64,000 bases of DNA. It comes from Octopus vulgaris. Its lineage: Eukaryota. The stretch covers positions 25,358,001 to 25,422,000 of the forward strand of contig OX597835.1 in NCBI GenBank assembly GCA_951406725.2, read 5' to 3'. Below, piece by piece: positions 1 through 14,052 of the stretch; the stretch's first letter is position 1, and every line of letters starts with the position of its first letter. Made by a program: the position numbers and the translations under genes. The notes beneath the pieces are model-generated. The model searched no databases. It had not been told where the DNA came from and was given only the letters and a program-made list of their open reading frames with translations.

Positions 1-2046
1 GAGGGGAGGGGCTATCGCTAAATGGTGTTAATATTTCCACTTTGTGACAGCAAACCGAGAGAATGCCATCTTTTATGATAACTTTTACTCTGTCTTTTTT
101 TTCGCTTTTGTTAAGTCATTTTTGACTGCTCGAACGAGAGGAATGGGAACGGGTGTCTGTCGGTTGCAACACGTTCGCCTCCTCTCTCGAGTTTGTACAT
201 AACGAAATATATCTTATATCATTTATAGGTCATTATGTAAACCCGTTAATTTATTTACCGTACACACAAACACATCGATGTATGTGTGTCCGTCCATCCA
301 TGCATATTCCTTTGCGTCTGTGCTCCGTATAGAATGTTAGTCACATTGCTGCTGCTACTACTATTACTACTACTACTGTTGCTTCTCTTAGGGGGTGTTG
401 TTTCTGTGACTTACGAGCAATCCCTGTGTTGCCTTTCCGTTCGATATTGAAATGACTGTGCGTGCATATATATATATATTTATATATATATAACCCACCT
501 GCTTGAAATGATTGTGTATACGAAGCCTTTCTCTCTGTGTGTATGTGTACACATACACACACGCACGCACACAGAGCCAGTGGATGCTTCTACCAAGCTG
601 TCACCGGTGTTTCATGTCGATGTCCACAATGCTCCAATTCTTTCAATCAGAACCGTATTCCACCCCCACCCACCACACGCACCTCTTGTCAGTCGGAATT
701 GAATTAAAATTTTATTTTTAGACTGTAGTAGAATCTTCGCGACTGTTTGAGCTCATTATTTTGTTTTATTTTTGGCCGACGCTGAGAACTCCACTAGATT
801 TCGTTTTGTCTACTCTTGATGACGATAATAATCATCATCATCATCGTCATCATCAATTATTACCGTCATTATTTTCATTATCCTCATTGTCACCACCATT
901 GTAATTATCACCCTCATTATCGTCATTCCATCAGTCCTTTGTTGAAATTACACCCGTAATTTCCACACATTATATAGAATTTTTTTTTTCTCTTTTTGGC
1001 AAAAATGAAAAGAAAAGGTAATTTTTCTAGATTGTTAATTTTGACATATTTTCTAGATTAATTTGATAATGAGTGATGGTGGTTGATGATTGTTGTCGAC
1101 TTTATCTTTCTTTCATCTTTCCAAGTTCGATAAAATAAAGTAACCCCACATTTTATGCTAGGTGCCTGTGTTAGAAAATTATTTTAATTTTTAGGAGCTT
1201 CAGACCATTAGCTTAATAAATAAAGCTTGTATAGGAAGAGCAAGGTACTTGCTACACACACACACAAAGCATATTATGAAGATGGGCTTCAGTTAGTATA
1301 CCTGTCCGAGACCTGTGAATGAATATCTTGCGATCCCATAAATAAATTCAGCCCCTTGATTTTTAAGAGGAATTTTCCCGCCCAGGCTCCCAAAGCGCGC
1401 TTGTTCTTGCAAAAATTCTTTCGCAGACAGTATACGCGTGCACGCATGCGTGCACACAATTCGCCAGGCACTTAGGGAGGGCTTCTTAATGATTTCTTCC
1501 ATGGATAAACGAACCCATCTATCTGAAGAGACAGTCATCTCCACCTGATGAATGGTCAGCAAAGTCCACCCTTAGGCTATTCATGACTTAACTTCCATTT
1601 CTCTGTTTGCATGGACCACATGGAACTTGTTGAGGCAGATTTTCTGTGGCCGGTCGCACTTCCTGTTCTAAAGCGATAGAGGATTTCCTTGTGGCCAGAC
1701 AGGTTTTTCATTCAAACCCAGAAACGAGCAGCGTTATTAGTATGACGGTGATGCTCATTTACAACAACGAAGCTAAGACAAGGGTGCGCGCATGCACGCA
1801 CTCACACTTATACACGATGGGCTTCTTTCAGCTTCCGTTTATTAAGGTCACTCACAAGGGTTTGGTCTGTCCTGGGTTAGACATTTGTAAGACATTGGCC
1901 GATGATGTGACTTAGTGGGGGACTGAACCCGAGAACACATGGTTGGGAAGCAAGCTTCTGAAACCACACAGCCACATTTGCGGAAAAAAAAAAAATTTAA
2001 TACCTCGCGGTATTTTCTCTACTGCTTGTCGGTATCTATTGATGGC

Positions 2047-2434
2047 AATCCCTTCTTACTTTAGGCACAAGGCCTGAAATTTGGGGGCGGGGACTAGTCG
2101 GTTATACCGGTGCTTGTTTTATCAACTCCGAAAGGATGACAGGCAAAGTCAACTTCGGCGGAATTTGAACTCAGAACGTAGCGGCAGACGAAATACCCAT
2201 TTCTTTACTACCCACCCACAAGGGGCTAAACACAGAGAGGACAAACAAGGACAGACAAACGGATTAAGTCGATTACATCGACCCCAGTGCGTAACTGGTA
2301 CTTAATTTATCGACCCCGAAAGGATGAAAGGCAAAGTCGACCTCGGCGGAATTTGAACTCAGAACGTAGCGGCAGACGAAATACCGCTAAGCATTTCGCC
2401 CGGCGTGCTAACGTTTCTGCCAGCTCGCCGCCTT
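2047..2434 (-). mobile_element. SINE family A: young full copy joined to a partial older copy
   Basis: The block gaaaggatga..ggcaaagtc..cggcggaatttgaactcagaacgtagcggcagacgaaatacc occurs twice. CpGs are intact. Confidence 0.85.
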
Positions 2435-5094
2435 AGTAATAATAATAATAATAATCACGATCATTTCTAATGTTGCCACAAAGCTTGTAGACGTTTGCTA
2501 GGCGTGTACAGCCTGTGTGTATACACATACACAATAGGTGGAGTATGGTGGTCATCACGGGTTGTGCTGAACTTAAACAGCTTTTTTATAAAGTATAAAC
2601 ACGGAATCTTTAGGGTGTTTCTAGATTTCCGAATATACATAATTAGATCGGAGAACAAATAATGACCAGATTATATCGTGACATTGTAGGAACAGATTTA
2701 TTATAAAATCTTAACCAGTTTTAGTGGGTGTGTAGCGTTCACTTATCATACCCAGAATATACGGCCTTGAGAGAGCGTGAAAGTGTGTGTGTGTGTGTAA
2801 TGTTATTGACAGTGACTGCGAAGTGTCGCTGCATGTATAGCTTACTCAAAACTGCTTGAATAAGTTATACTCCTGGCAACTTCTACACTTAGTTGATGGT
2901 TCGCGTTGTGCTTTCTCTTTGTTCATGTTTGGATTAACTAATATATATATATATAAACAAAAGGAATAAACGATTATCTTACACCTGTTTCCATTATAAG
3001 ATGGAGTGGACTCAGTTGGGTACTTGAGTAAACCACAGACAGATAGATAGATATCTAATCTATCTATCTGTCTCTATCATTCACTCTCCTTCTCTCCCCC
3101 TCTGTCGTTCTCTCTCAACACAATGTCTAAGCGAAATACGCGCGCGTACACACACACACACACACATATATATATACACACACACACACACTGACATATA
3201 TACTCACACATCTCGAAAGTAAATAGATATTCTCATTTTTGAAAGATTTATTTCTAGGAAGAAAATGTCATTTGATGCATTTAAATACTTATTCTAATAT
3301 TTAGTAGACATCCCTTGTGCATAATAATACATTAACAAGTTTGAAGCAGCAGGTTGTGTCCACACAGGTAAAAACAATATAACGAAAGGTGTCTATTTAC
3401 TTTTGAGGTGTGTGTGTGTTTGTGAGCGCATGGGGTTTGAACTTGTAATAGTAAAGGGACGTAACTGAACGTACCTCATGTACAATGTCACTATTGTGAA
3501 ATCTGTCATTCGCTACTGACCTTATATATAATGATGGTTTTTAAGTACAAAAAACAACAGTTTGGAGGGGGGGGGGTTGTGTTAGTCCGTTGCATAGACC
3601 CCCCCCATTACTTAAGTAGTTCTTTTTGTCGAACTGGGATGTGTGTGAGTGGATGAAAGCCGCAGATGTTTTGGGTGGAATTTGAACTCGGAATACAAAA
3701 GCCCGGATCAAAAACCGCAAGGCATGTCCTCCGACGTGTTAATAATTCTGCCAACCCGTCAGCGTTTCGACTAATAATACTATTAACATATTAACTTGCG
3801 TAATCTCCCACTTCTAGGTCATCGCCGATAGAAAAGACGTTCCATCCCCGCCTACTTCAACTTGTTTAGCATAACTATGACATTGTCAAGTCTGGGCTTT
3901 TTCTAAAATCGCTAGAGCGTGTTTTTTAAACAAGTTTTTGTTGCTGTTTTTTAATCAAATTTGTCAACAACTCACAGCTTTCAAAAAAGCTAAAAGAAAA
4001 GAAGAAAAAAAAAAGCCTCGCCCCCCTCACGTATTCTGTCGCCTCGTGATACAGTAATATATAGAGTAGGTTAAGAAGTAGTGTAGCCGATCCTTAAGTC
4101 CACCCGAAATCTGTTTGTAGCTCTGACACACTTCTCCTTCCCCGGGGAACGCAAATCATTGATAAAATTATTAACGAGAGAGAGAAGTGCTTAAGTGTTC
4201 GTGAAAGAGCGAGCTGCTTAAATGGCACACAACAAAATTTCTTTGTCTCTATCTCTCTCTCTGTCTGTCTCAGGTGTACACACACACGTAATTCTAAATC
4301 TGAGATGTGTACGTTTATATATATATATATAGATGTCATTTGGGTTTTTTAAAATTTTCTTTGTGTTTGTTTCAGATTTGCATATACGTACATTTTGTGT
4401 AGTGATTAACGATTGTGTATGTGTGTTAGGATTAATGCGTGCGAGGGTTTAAAATTCTATATTAAGATGCAGAGAAATTAGCCAACTGCTATTTTTGTCT
4501 GCAGTAAGCCATCCGCCCAGCCAACCAACCAACCAGCCAAGCCAGCGCCTATGTTTTCTTTTCTCTGTTTCTTTCTCTCTCTCTTTCCCTACAATTTTTC
4601 TATAATCTCTACTCTCTAATCAACCATTAAACTCTTCTCATTATTTTCCATAACCTCTCTCCCTCCTTCTATTAACTACGCCCCCCTCTCTCTCTCCCCT
4701 TGCCTTCCTTTCTCTCCTTCTATCCACCATTAACTACAATCGCTCTCCCTCCCTTTCTCTCTGCCTTTCATTTTCTATAATCACTGCACTCCTCTCTGTC
4801 TCTCAACACCCCCCTCCGTTTCTTTCTCTCTCTGCCTCTCCCCACTGCTCAACCTCTTGGCCATCACTTCCGGATTCTATTCAGATATTTTTCTTTTATG
4901 TCTTATAATGTCAGACGTTCTCTCCACTTCTCCACCTTTTCTTCGATTCCACAACTCTTGTTGTTGTTCTTGTTATTGTTAAGAAAAGAGTGTTTACCGC
5001 TATTAAAAAGGCAATGATTTTTTTCTACATAGATTCTTTTAATCGAGTCGGTTTTTCTCTTTATTAAGCCGAGGTTCTGATGTGAACACAAATT

Positions 5095-5196
5095 TGTGTG
5101 TGTATATGTGTGGGTACATATGAACAAATATGTACCTGTATATATTTGTTTTTGTGCGTGCGCGTGCATGTGTGTGTGTGTATGTATGTATGTATG

Positions 5197-5236
<40 letters not shown>

Positions 5237-5256
5237 TGTGTGTGTGTGTGAGAGAG

Positions 5257-5338
<82 letters not shown>

Positions 5339-5603
5339 TATCTGTGACTATGTATATGTGTGTATATTTGTATTAGGCACGCATGTATACATGTTTGTGT
5401 CTTTGTGTATATGTACGAATGCAAATATGAACTGGTAATAACCTTCTACTAATTCTTCATTTATTGAATTTAATCTCCCCTAATCACGAATGTATTTCTA
5501 GGTTTTTGTTGTCTTATAACAGTGAAATGGGAAATTTTGATTCATTAAAAAATTTTGTCATTCTGTACATCCCCATACACACTTCATTTATGTGTGTGTG
5601 TGT

Positions 5604-5648
<45 letters not shown>
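5095..5648. repeat. Compound (TG)n/(TATG)n/(TA)n microsatellites
   Basis: Read directly from the sequence. Confidence 0.95.
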
Positions 5649-5651
<3 letters not shown>

Positions 5652-7246
5652 TTTCTGTCTCTTTGCCTTGATATCACGTGATAGTTGTAAACGAGTGTCG
5701 CTGTCATACTAGCAGTGTCCTCCATTTCTAATCTTCCAAGACATGTCTAGTCATTGGGAGATATTACCTTACTCGGAAACGGGTGAAGGATTGCGACAGG
5801 GAAGGCATCCGGCCATCTGTTTGACCCAAATATGCATGGAAAATTGGACATTAAACAACAATAATGATGATGATGGTGTGTGTATGTGTAATATATGTGC
5901 ATAGTGCATGTATATAATTCTGTGGTTTAGAAATTCACTCAGCAACAACATAGCTTCAAGTTCAGACCCATTGACCAGCTTCTTGGGCAAGTATTTCTAC
6001 TATAATGCCAGACTGACCAATTTCTTGTGAATGAATTAAGTAGACAGAAACTGTGAAGGCCCATCATATATGTGCGTATAGTATGTGTTTGACCACCAGT
6101 ATGGGTTTGTAACTAAGCTGTTCAGCAAAACACGTTTCTGATAGACTAAAAACTTGGAATAAGTACTGGCTCTGATTTCCACTGCTCACATCATCATTGT
6201 TTAACGTCCGTTTTCCATGCTAACATGGGTTGGACAGTTCAACCGGGGTCTGGGAAGCCAGAAGGCTGCACTAGGCTCCAAATTTGGCAGTGTTTCTACA
6301 GCTGGATGTCCTTCCTAACGCCAAGTTGATAAAAGCAAACTGTCAAAGTAACTTGCTCTCTGACAGATTTATGATCAAGCCTGTGGTAGTGAAGATCTTT
6401 AGCATTCTCTCTCACCCCCGATTATATCTTTGCTCACTGCTATTGAGGTGGAGACTGCTGTTCCAGCCCCTCTTCCATGATATCCTCTGGGGCAAAGCCT
6501 TTTTCATTTTGTCTGATGGGGCTTATGAGGTGGCCTGAATTACAGGAAAGTGAGAGAACATAAGAGTTTTGTATCTTACCACACAAACAATAAAATTAAG
6601 AAAATATACTCCATTTGAAAAAAACGACCGAAAGTACTCCTGTATGGCTGCAATCCAATGAAGACTATGTATGTGTTCATTTGTGTGCCTGTCTACATGT
6701 GGGTATGTATGCATGTGTGTATGTATGTCTGTGTGTTTATATGAGTGTGCATACAGGGCTATCGAGTCAGAAGTAATAGGTTACCGGAGTCTGAATCGTG
6801 CCACAACATGGATGTTTGAGATTTGAGAAGAGTGTTCTACAACTCCAGTTTTAGGAAAAGTGGACGTTAAATGATGGTGATATACAGTAAGTAAAAAATC
6901 CCTTTGGTCATGAATGACCATGGGGTTGCACCTATAAAGTTACCCTCTGAGGGGCATTGTCTGGCAAGGTTGTTTATGGGAGACCAGCAGTTGCCTCTGC
7001 ATACCAGGTTTCCCTCTCCATGTCACTGATGTTATACAAGGGAAAGGCAAAGGCCAGTGCAGCTTGGCACCAGTGACATCGCAACTCATTTCTATAGTTG
7101 AATGAACTGGAGCAACGTGAAATAAAGTGTCTTGCTCAAGAACGAAACACACAGCCTAGTTTGGGAATCGAACTCACTACCATATAATTGTGAGCTTGAT
7201 GCTCTAACCACTGAGCCATGTGAATGTGTGTGTGTATACACACACA

Positions 7247-7558
7247 TGCATGCATATATGGGTACAGGATGTCACCAACAGTGTAAATAACATGAAATGC
7301 ATAAATGAAAAAAAAAAAAAAGGAAAACAGGACATGTAAACACAGAGAAAGGACCCTTCATCAGTTGTCGGCTGTCTTTCTACTCCTCATTTTGAGCATT
7401 CAACGACAAATGAGTTGACAGCCGGCAACTGATGAAGGGTCCTCTCTCTGTGTTTACTTGTCCGGTTTCCCATTTTTTCTTATTGTTTACGTATTTAACT
7501 TTAACTATTTCATGTTATTTGCACTGTTGGTGACATCCTGTACCCATATATGCATGCA
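7247..7558. repeat. Fold-back element 1 (about 130-140 bp arms, 40-nt spacer)
   Basis: 7247-7376 is the imperfect reverse complement of 7417-7558. Confidence 0.92.
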
Positions 7559-8865
7559 CAATATATTTATTTATTATATATTATTTAATTGAATGCGAAG
7601 CATCCATTTCCAAGTCATATATAGATCCCTGACTACTCAACCCATTCTGTTATACTTATCACCTTATCTTCTGACACTACTCATTCCCCTTTTGTCTCAT
7701 CACTCCCTTCAAACTCTATCTCTACTACTACCCACTCACAACACTAAATTTGTTCCTCTCATCAACACCCTTGCCTAAAATCTTTAGTCTTGAGAGTTTA
7801 CAAGGCAACCTCATGAGTGATGGTGCCATGAAGAGAAACATCCAGTACAAATTGGAAACCTGTCGGCGAATTGATGGAGGACTGCTTAATCTTGCTGAAG
7901 ACAAGGCAACTTCTGTGATGTTGGTTCAATGGGAAAAAAAAATATGCCCATTGCATAAAGTGGTTGGTATTAGGAAGCACACCCAACCATAGAAACATTG
8001 CCAAAACTGACCCTCAGTGTATATCAGCACGAAAAGTGGGCTTGATATGTAGATGATGATTGTGTATTATATCATAATCATCATCATCGTTTAATGTTCA
8101 CCTATGTTGGCATGGGTTGGACAGTTTGACAGGAGCTGGCCAGGTAGAAGACTTACTCCAGGCTACAGTGTCTGTTTTAGCATGGCTTTTACAGCTAGAT
8201 ACCCTTCCTAACACCAACCACCCCATAGAATATATGTAATATATATTGCACTACAACTGTTTCAGCTCTGATCACGAGGATGTCTTGGGGTTAAAGTGAT
8301 TGTAGTGCAAGCTATAATTTTAAAAAATATGAAACTCTACACTTGTATTTTTTTTTATTGAGTATTACATTACTACATATGAAATTTGTACATTTCAGTT
8401 TAACTAATTTCAGTAAATACGACAACATTACTGACAACATTATTTCTTTTATACAAGATATTGGAGAGAAATAGTCTTCATGATATATAGAAACGTGTAT
8501 GTGTGCAAGTGTATTCACTCGTGTGTAACTGCAAAATGTGTGTGTATCTTCATATATATATATATATATATATATCTATATATATATATATATATATCAC
8601 TGTGACCGACCAGGCTATCAGATGTTGCTACACATTGCTGGTCACAATGCACTTCACATTGTTTTAGCCTTCAAATGATGCCACCCCGTTGGCTAAGCGA
8701 GCAGGCGAAAGAGTACAGCAAGGATTTCCACCACCCTCTGCAGGAGCCTTGTGGAGCTTTTAGGTGTTTTCGCTCAATAAACACTCACAACGCCCGGTCT
8801 GGGAATCGAAATCGTGATCCAACGGCCACGAGTCTGCTGCCCTAACCACTGGGCCATTGCGCCTC

Positions 8866-8898
<33 letters not shown>

Positions 8899-10712
8899 GA
8901 GCACTCCGTCAGTTATGACGACGAGGTCCCATCAGATACGATCAACGGAACAGCCAGCTTGTGAAATTAATGTGCAGGTGACTGAGCAATCAACGTAGTT
9001 CTCAGGGAGATTCAGCGTGGCACAGAGTGTGGCAAGGCCGGCCCTTTGAAATACAGGTACAACTCATTTTTGCCAGCTGAGTGGACTGGAGCAACGTGAA
9101 ATAAAGTGTCTTGCTCAAGGACACAACACGTCGCTGGGAATTGAACTCACGATCTTACAATTATGAGCTGCTGCTGTCTGACTGACACATAAAAAGTACT
9201 GTTTGGGTGTTGGGCCTCATGGAGACAGTGACAGGTGACGAAGACTTTTGGCGATGTACCATGCTTGTGAAGATCTGTCAAGCCAAGTGAGTGTAGTTGT
9301 GGTCAGTGCCGGTGTCAGGTCAATGGCACCCATGCCAATGACACATAAAAAGCACCCACTACTCTCTTGGAGTGGTTGGCATTAAGAAGGGCATTCAGCT
9401 GTAGAAACCTTGCCAAATCAAATTGGATCTGATGCAGCTCCAACCCATGCCAGCATGGAAAGCAGACGTTAAATGAAGAAGATGATAAATATTTTCCTTT
9501 ACTTGTTTTAGTTGTTTGACTGCAGTCATGCTGGAGCACCACCTTGAAGGGTTTGAACAAACTGAATCCCTGCACTTATGTTTTAAGCCTAGTACTTATT
9601 CTGTCTGTCTCTTGCTGAACCACTAAGTTATAGGGACATAAACACACCAACACCGGTTGTCAAGTGGTGATGGAGGGTGGGCTGACACAAATACAAGTGA
9701 TGGGGGAGAAACTGACATACATGCATACGACAGGCTTCTTTCAGTGTGTCTATCACATCCACTCACAAGGCTTTGGTTGGCCTGGTGCTATAGTAGAAGA
9801 CATTTGCCCAATGTGCCATGCAATGGGACTGAACACAGAACCATTTGGTTGGGAAGCAAGCTGCTTACCACTCAGCCACAGTATATTTAGTGGAGAAAAC
9901 CTGTTTACTGATTCATATATATGTAAATATATTCCTCTGTGTGTGTGTGTGTGTGTGTCTTGTTTTTTCCTTTTCTTGGTTTCAGTCATCGAACTGCAGC
10001 CATGCTGGGTCACTACCTGTAAAAGATTTTAATTTATCATATCGACTTCCCTTCGCTGTACTCTGGGTGTGTGATCAATGTAATTTATTGGCTTCCATGG
10101 AAATGCGTGTTTATCATTTACTCTATTTTTGTAAGCGTCACTGTATTCTCCTTTTTATTAATATCCTTGTGACAAATGTTAGTTGAGGTCTGGCACATAC
10201 ATTACTGTCTCATTGATTCCTTTTTCTCTCCCATGGCATCCTGTACTACACACAGATCTCTCAACTTCTTCGAGTATCACTTGGGAAGGAAGGTGAGAAT
10301 AGAGAGGGAAGTTTTGTCTAGCGAATGCTTCAACAAAAGATGGGTGAATGTAACAAGGATGGCATGTGTGAATGACAGAGCCACCTTGAGCATAATCTTA
10401 TGAACCAGAAAAACAAAGGAAAAAAGAGTTAACCTACTTGCAAATGTGTTATTGTGTGACATTATTGCCCGAGGTTACCGTAGTCCTTTTGTTGGTTTTT
10501 CTTTCCACGGATAAAACTCCCCACTTCTGGGGACTTTTTGTACTATTTTGACTTTTGTATATCTCAAATGATTACGATCCCTTTTTAATTTTTTACGATC
10601 CCTATTTTAATTAAAAAAATTTTTGTTTGTTTTCACCCCCTTGAAAACAATAAAACTCTACATTGTATTTGCCCCCTCTATGTTAAGCACTGTCTAGCCA
10701 ATAAACAAAGTT

Positions 10713-10791
10713 GTCTGTCTGTCTGTCTGTCTCTCTATCTATCTGTCTGTCTCTCTATCTATCTGTCTATCTATATCTGTCTGTCTATCTA

Positions 10792-10822
<31 letters not shown>

Positions 10823-10900
10823 ATCGATGCCTATCTATAGATAGATAGATACAGATAGATAGAGATAGATATCTATCTTTCTATCTATCTGTCTCTCTAT
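10713..10900. repeat. (TCTG)n/(TCTA)n tract switching to (TAGA)n and back
   Basis: Read directly from the sequence. Confidence 0.9.
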
Positions 10901-13900
10901 CATTCACTCTCCTTCTCTCCCCCCATCTGTCGTTCTCTCTCTCCCTCCATTCATGCACACATGCACACCGTTTCGAAGTTCATATCCCACTCGTGTCCTG
11001 CTCAGCCTCTGTTTCCTTTTTCCCCCTCTTGTGATGTGGGATGGCTGGAGAAGATCAATAAAATGAAATAAACACATCAATAATTTTCTGGTGATTCAGT
11101 CAACTAGCCACCCCAGCATTCTCCTCCCTCCTTTAACTCCCTACTCTCTTCTCTTTCTTTTTCCTCTAACAGTAAAATAATTTTCAAAAAAATAATCATG
11201 TTTTTTTTAAAAAAAAATATTAGTTGTAAGTTAATTCTTTCTATATAAGTGTATAGTGTTTGTGTTTATGGTCATGGAACGGCATGATTAGGAATAAAAT
11301 GAGAATGATCTATCTCTGTGATGGGTGCCAGCTCTCTTTCTCCAGCCATCTTTTTTTTCTCCTCTCTCTCTGTCTCAATATGTTTTAGCACAAACACACT
11401 TTTTGTGCTGTGTTCTTTGTGTCTTCTGGTCTGGTGTGCTGTGTGTATGTACTGTACGTATGTGTACATGCATCACTCTAATTATATCTGCTTCTGTTAG
11501 TTTCATTATCTCTTTCTTTATCTCTCTCTCTATGTGTGTGTATGCATGTCCTATTTATATATCCCTATCTCTCTCGGACCAATTAAAAATTTTATGCGTA
11601 CACACACACACACACACACAAAAGCAAGCAAGCACATGCATGCCATTATTTTTTTCTTGTTTCAGTCATTCAACAGCAGCTATACTGAGGCGCCACCTTC
11701 AGTGATTTAGTTGTACAATATGGTCCCAGTACTTATTTTTTTTATTCTGGTACTTGGTCCCTTTTGCTGAACCACTATATCACAGTGGTGGCAGGGTTCA
11801 ACGAACTAAGCCAGTTGTCAAGTGGGTAGCAGGAATAAACGCACATACACACGTGACAATATTTCTACAGTTTCTGCCTAACAGGCATTGGTTGACCTGG
11901 AGCTATTGAAGAAGACACTTGCCTAAAGTGTCTCTCAGTGGGATTGAACCTGAAATTACACAGTTGCAAAGTGAACTTCTTGACCACACAGCCATGGTGT
12001 GCCTATGTATGAAATGTTTTCTTTCTTCAACTAGTATTAGCATATGGCCATGCTGGGGCCCTTCAAGTGTTTAGTCTGACCATATCAGTCCTGGTATTTA
12101 TTTTAGTGGAGCGTTTATTCCATCCATATTTTATCCCTCTTTTTGTTGAACTGCTAAGTTATAGGACATGAATAGACATAACACATACGACATTGACAGC
12201 CTAAGTAGAAGAATGCAATTGGTGAGTATTTTTGGCCAGTTTCTGTCTGCCAAATTCTGGTCTCAAAGGATTGGTGATTCTTTGGCTAAAGTAGAAGCTG
12301 CTTGCCTGAGGTGCTGTGCATTGGGATGGAACCTACAATCTTGTAGTTGTGAAGCAAACTTCTTAAACATGTAGCCATGCCTGTATCTAATTTATTTGCG
12401 TGTACATTGTACTCTAGCAAGCTAAGACAAAGCTAGAAAACTAAAGACACACACACACACACTCTCTCTCTCTTTGCTTTTCTACCTTTGTCTCTATCTC
12501 CGTATATTTGTGTTTCTTAGTGCAATCTGAGAATTGCAATGCCACCAGTTTCTCCATTATTTCAACAACCTGTCGGCTTTTGGCCAAGAATTCCCCCAAC
12601 CACTGCCATTTCTGCTGCTGGATACCGTCAACATTCCTCTTTTCTAATCAACTTTTAAGTACACTGTTTAGAGAAAGCCATTTTGTATTTGTGTAAAAGA
12701 AACCAGGACAGGAAAATAATAATTTCCGTAATGATAGATTGCTTTAAAAATACCGAGTGTTGGTCGAGTTTTTTCAATAATTTGAAATTTTTTTTTTTTT
12801 TAAATAATTATTTTATTGAAGTTTGAGGAATGGTCATATATATATATGTTATAGCTTTTCAAATTGAGATTCAGTTGAATTGTCCAAGAGGAATTATATA
12901 TAAATTTTAAAGCAGATCAAATTCAAAAATCAACAATCCATAGGATATTCACTGATAATATCATCAGGTTGATGCTCAAAAAACGAAAGTTATCGTGTAA
13001 GTGTAACATTTTGGACATATTCCTTAATTGGTTACTAGAGGAAAGTTCCAAGAGTCCAAGAGAGACATGGTAAAGCGGAAAGGAGATAAAAGAAGTGAGC
13101 CATAAAACGAAAAAATGCACATAGGTTATTTCATACGCACACACACACACGCACGAAATTGTCATCATTTTCACATCTATTTTCTGTGCTTGCATGGATC
13201 AGATGAAATTTGTTGAGATAGATTTTCTACAGCCAGATGTTGTCATTCATTTCCATGTAATGTAGCATAATATATCTTCTAATCCTTCTGACATGAATAG
13301 GCTAGTGTCTAGATATATTTCTGTAGAAGATTGCAAACAGATGGCAGTAATGTTCTTTTGCAATTATTGTACATTGTCAAGACAAGGATGCACACACACA
13401 CACTCTGAATTTTGGGCCACCAAATTTACTCACAAAGCTTTGATGATATCCTGTACTTGAGAAAATACGTCAAGCCAAGTGCAATTGTAGTTGTGGCCAA
13501 TGTCGGTGTCATGTAACTGGCACGTCAAGAGGACCCATTACACTGTTGTAGTAGTTGGTGTTAGGAAGGGCATCCAGCCATAAAACCCATTCCAAATCAG
13601 ACTGGGACCTGGTACAGCTCTGTGGCTTACCAATTCCAGTCAAACTGTCTAACCCATGCCAGCATGGAAAGCGGACATTTGATGATGATGATTTATCTAC
13701 CTGCCTACCCACCACCCTTTTACTTGTTTGTCATTTGACTGGCCATGCTGGAGCACCACCTTTTAGTTGAAGAAACCGACTCCTGAATTTATTCTTTGAA
13801 AGCCTATTGTTTATTCTATTGTCTCGTCTGCTGAACCACTAAGTTATGCAGATGACTTCTTGAAAAATGTTGCCCTTGCTTGACATAGAAGCTCCCTCAT

Positions 13901-14052
13901 TGGTTTGCATTATTTGTGGTTGCTGTTTAGTCCAGGAGTCAGCAGTGATTTAGCAGACCAATAATCGGAGGCATTTCAGCATGACCAACATGGCTTATTT
14001 TTCTAGATTGCATTATCTAATGTAACTTTCCTCTTTTTCTAAGGTAATTTAA

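Noticed and set aside
4903-5424. Longest ORF in the track (173 aa, HT/YI repeats)
   Set aside because: It is a translation of (CA)n/(TA)n microsatellites.
12539-12658. Short Pro-rich ORF (MPPVSPLFQQPVGFWPRIPP...) in unique sequence
   Set aside because: It is 39 codons long with no recognisable homology and no convincing splice donor.
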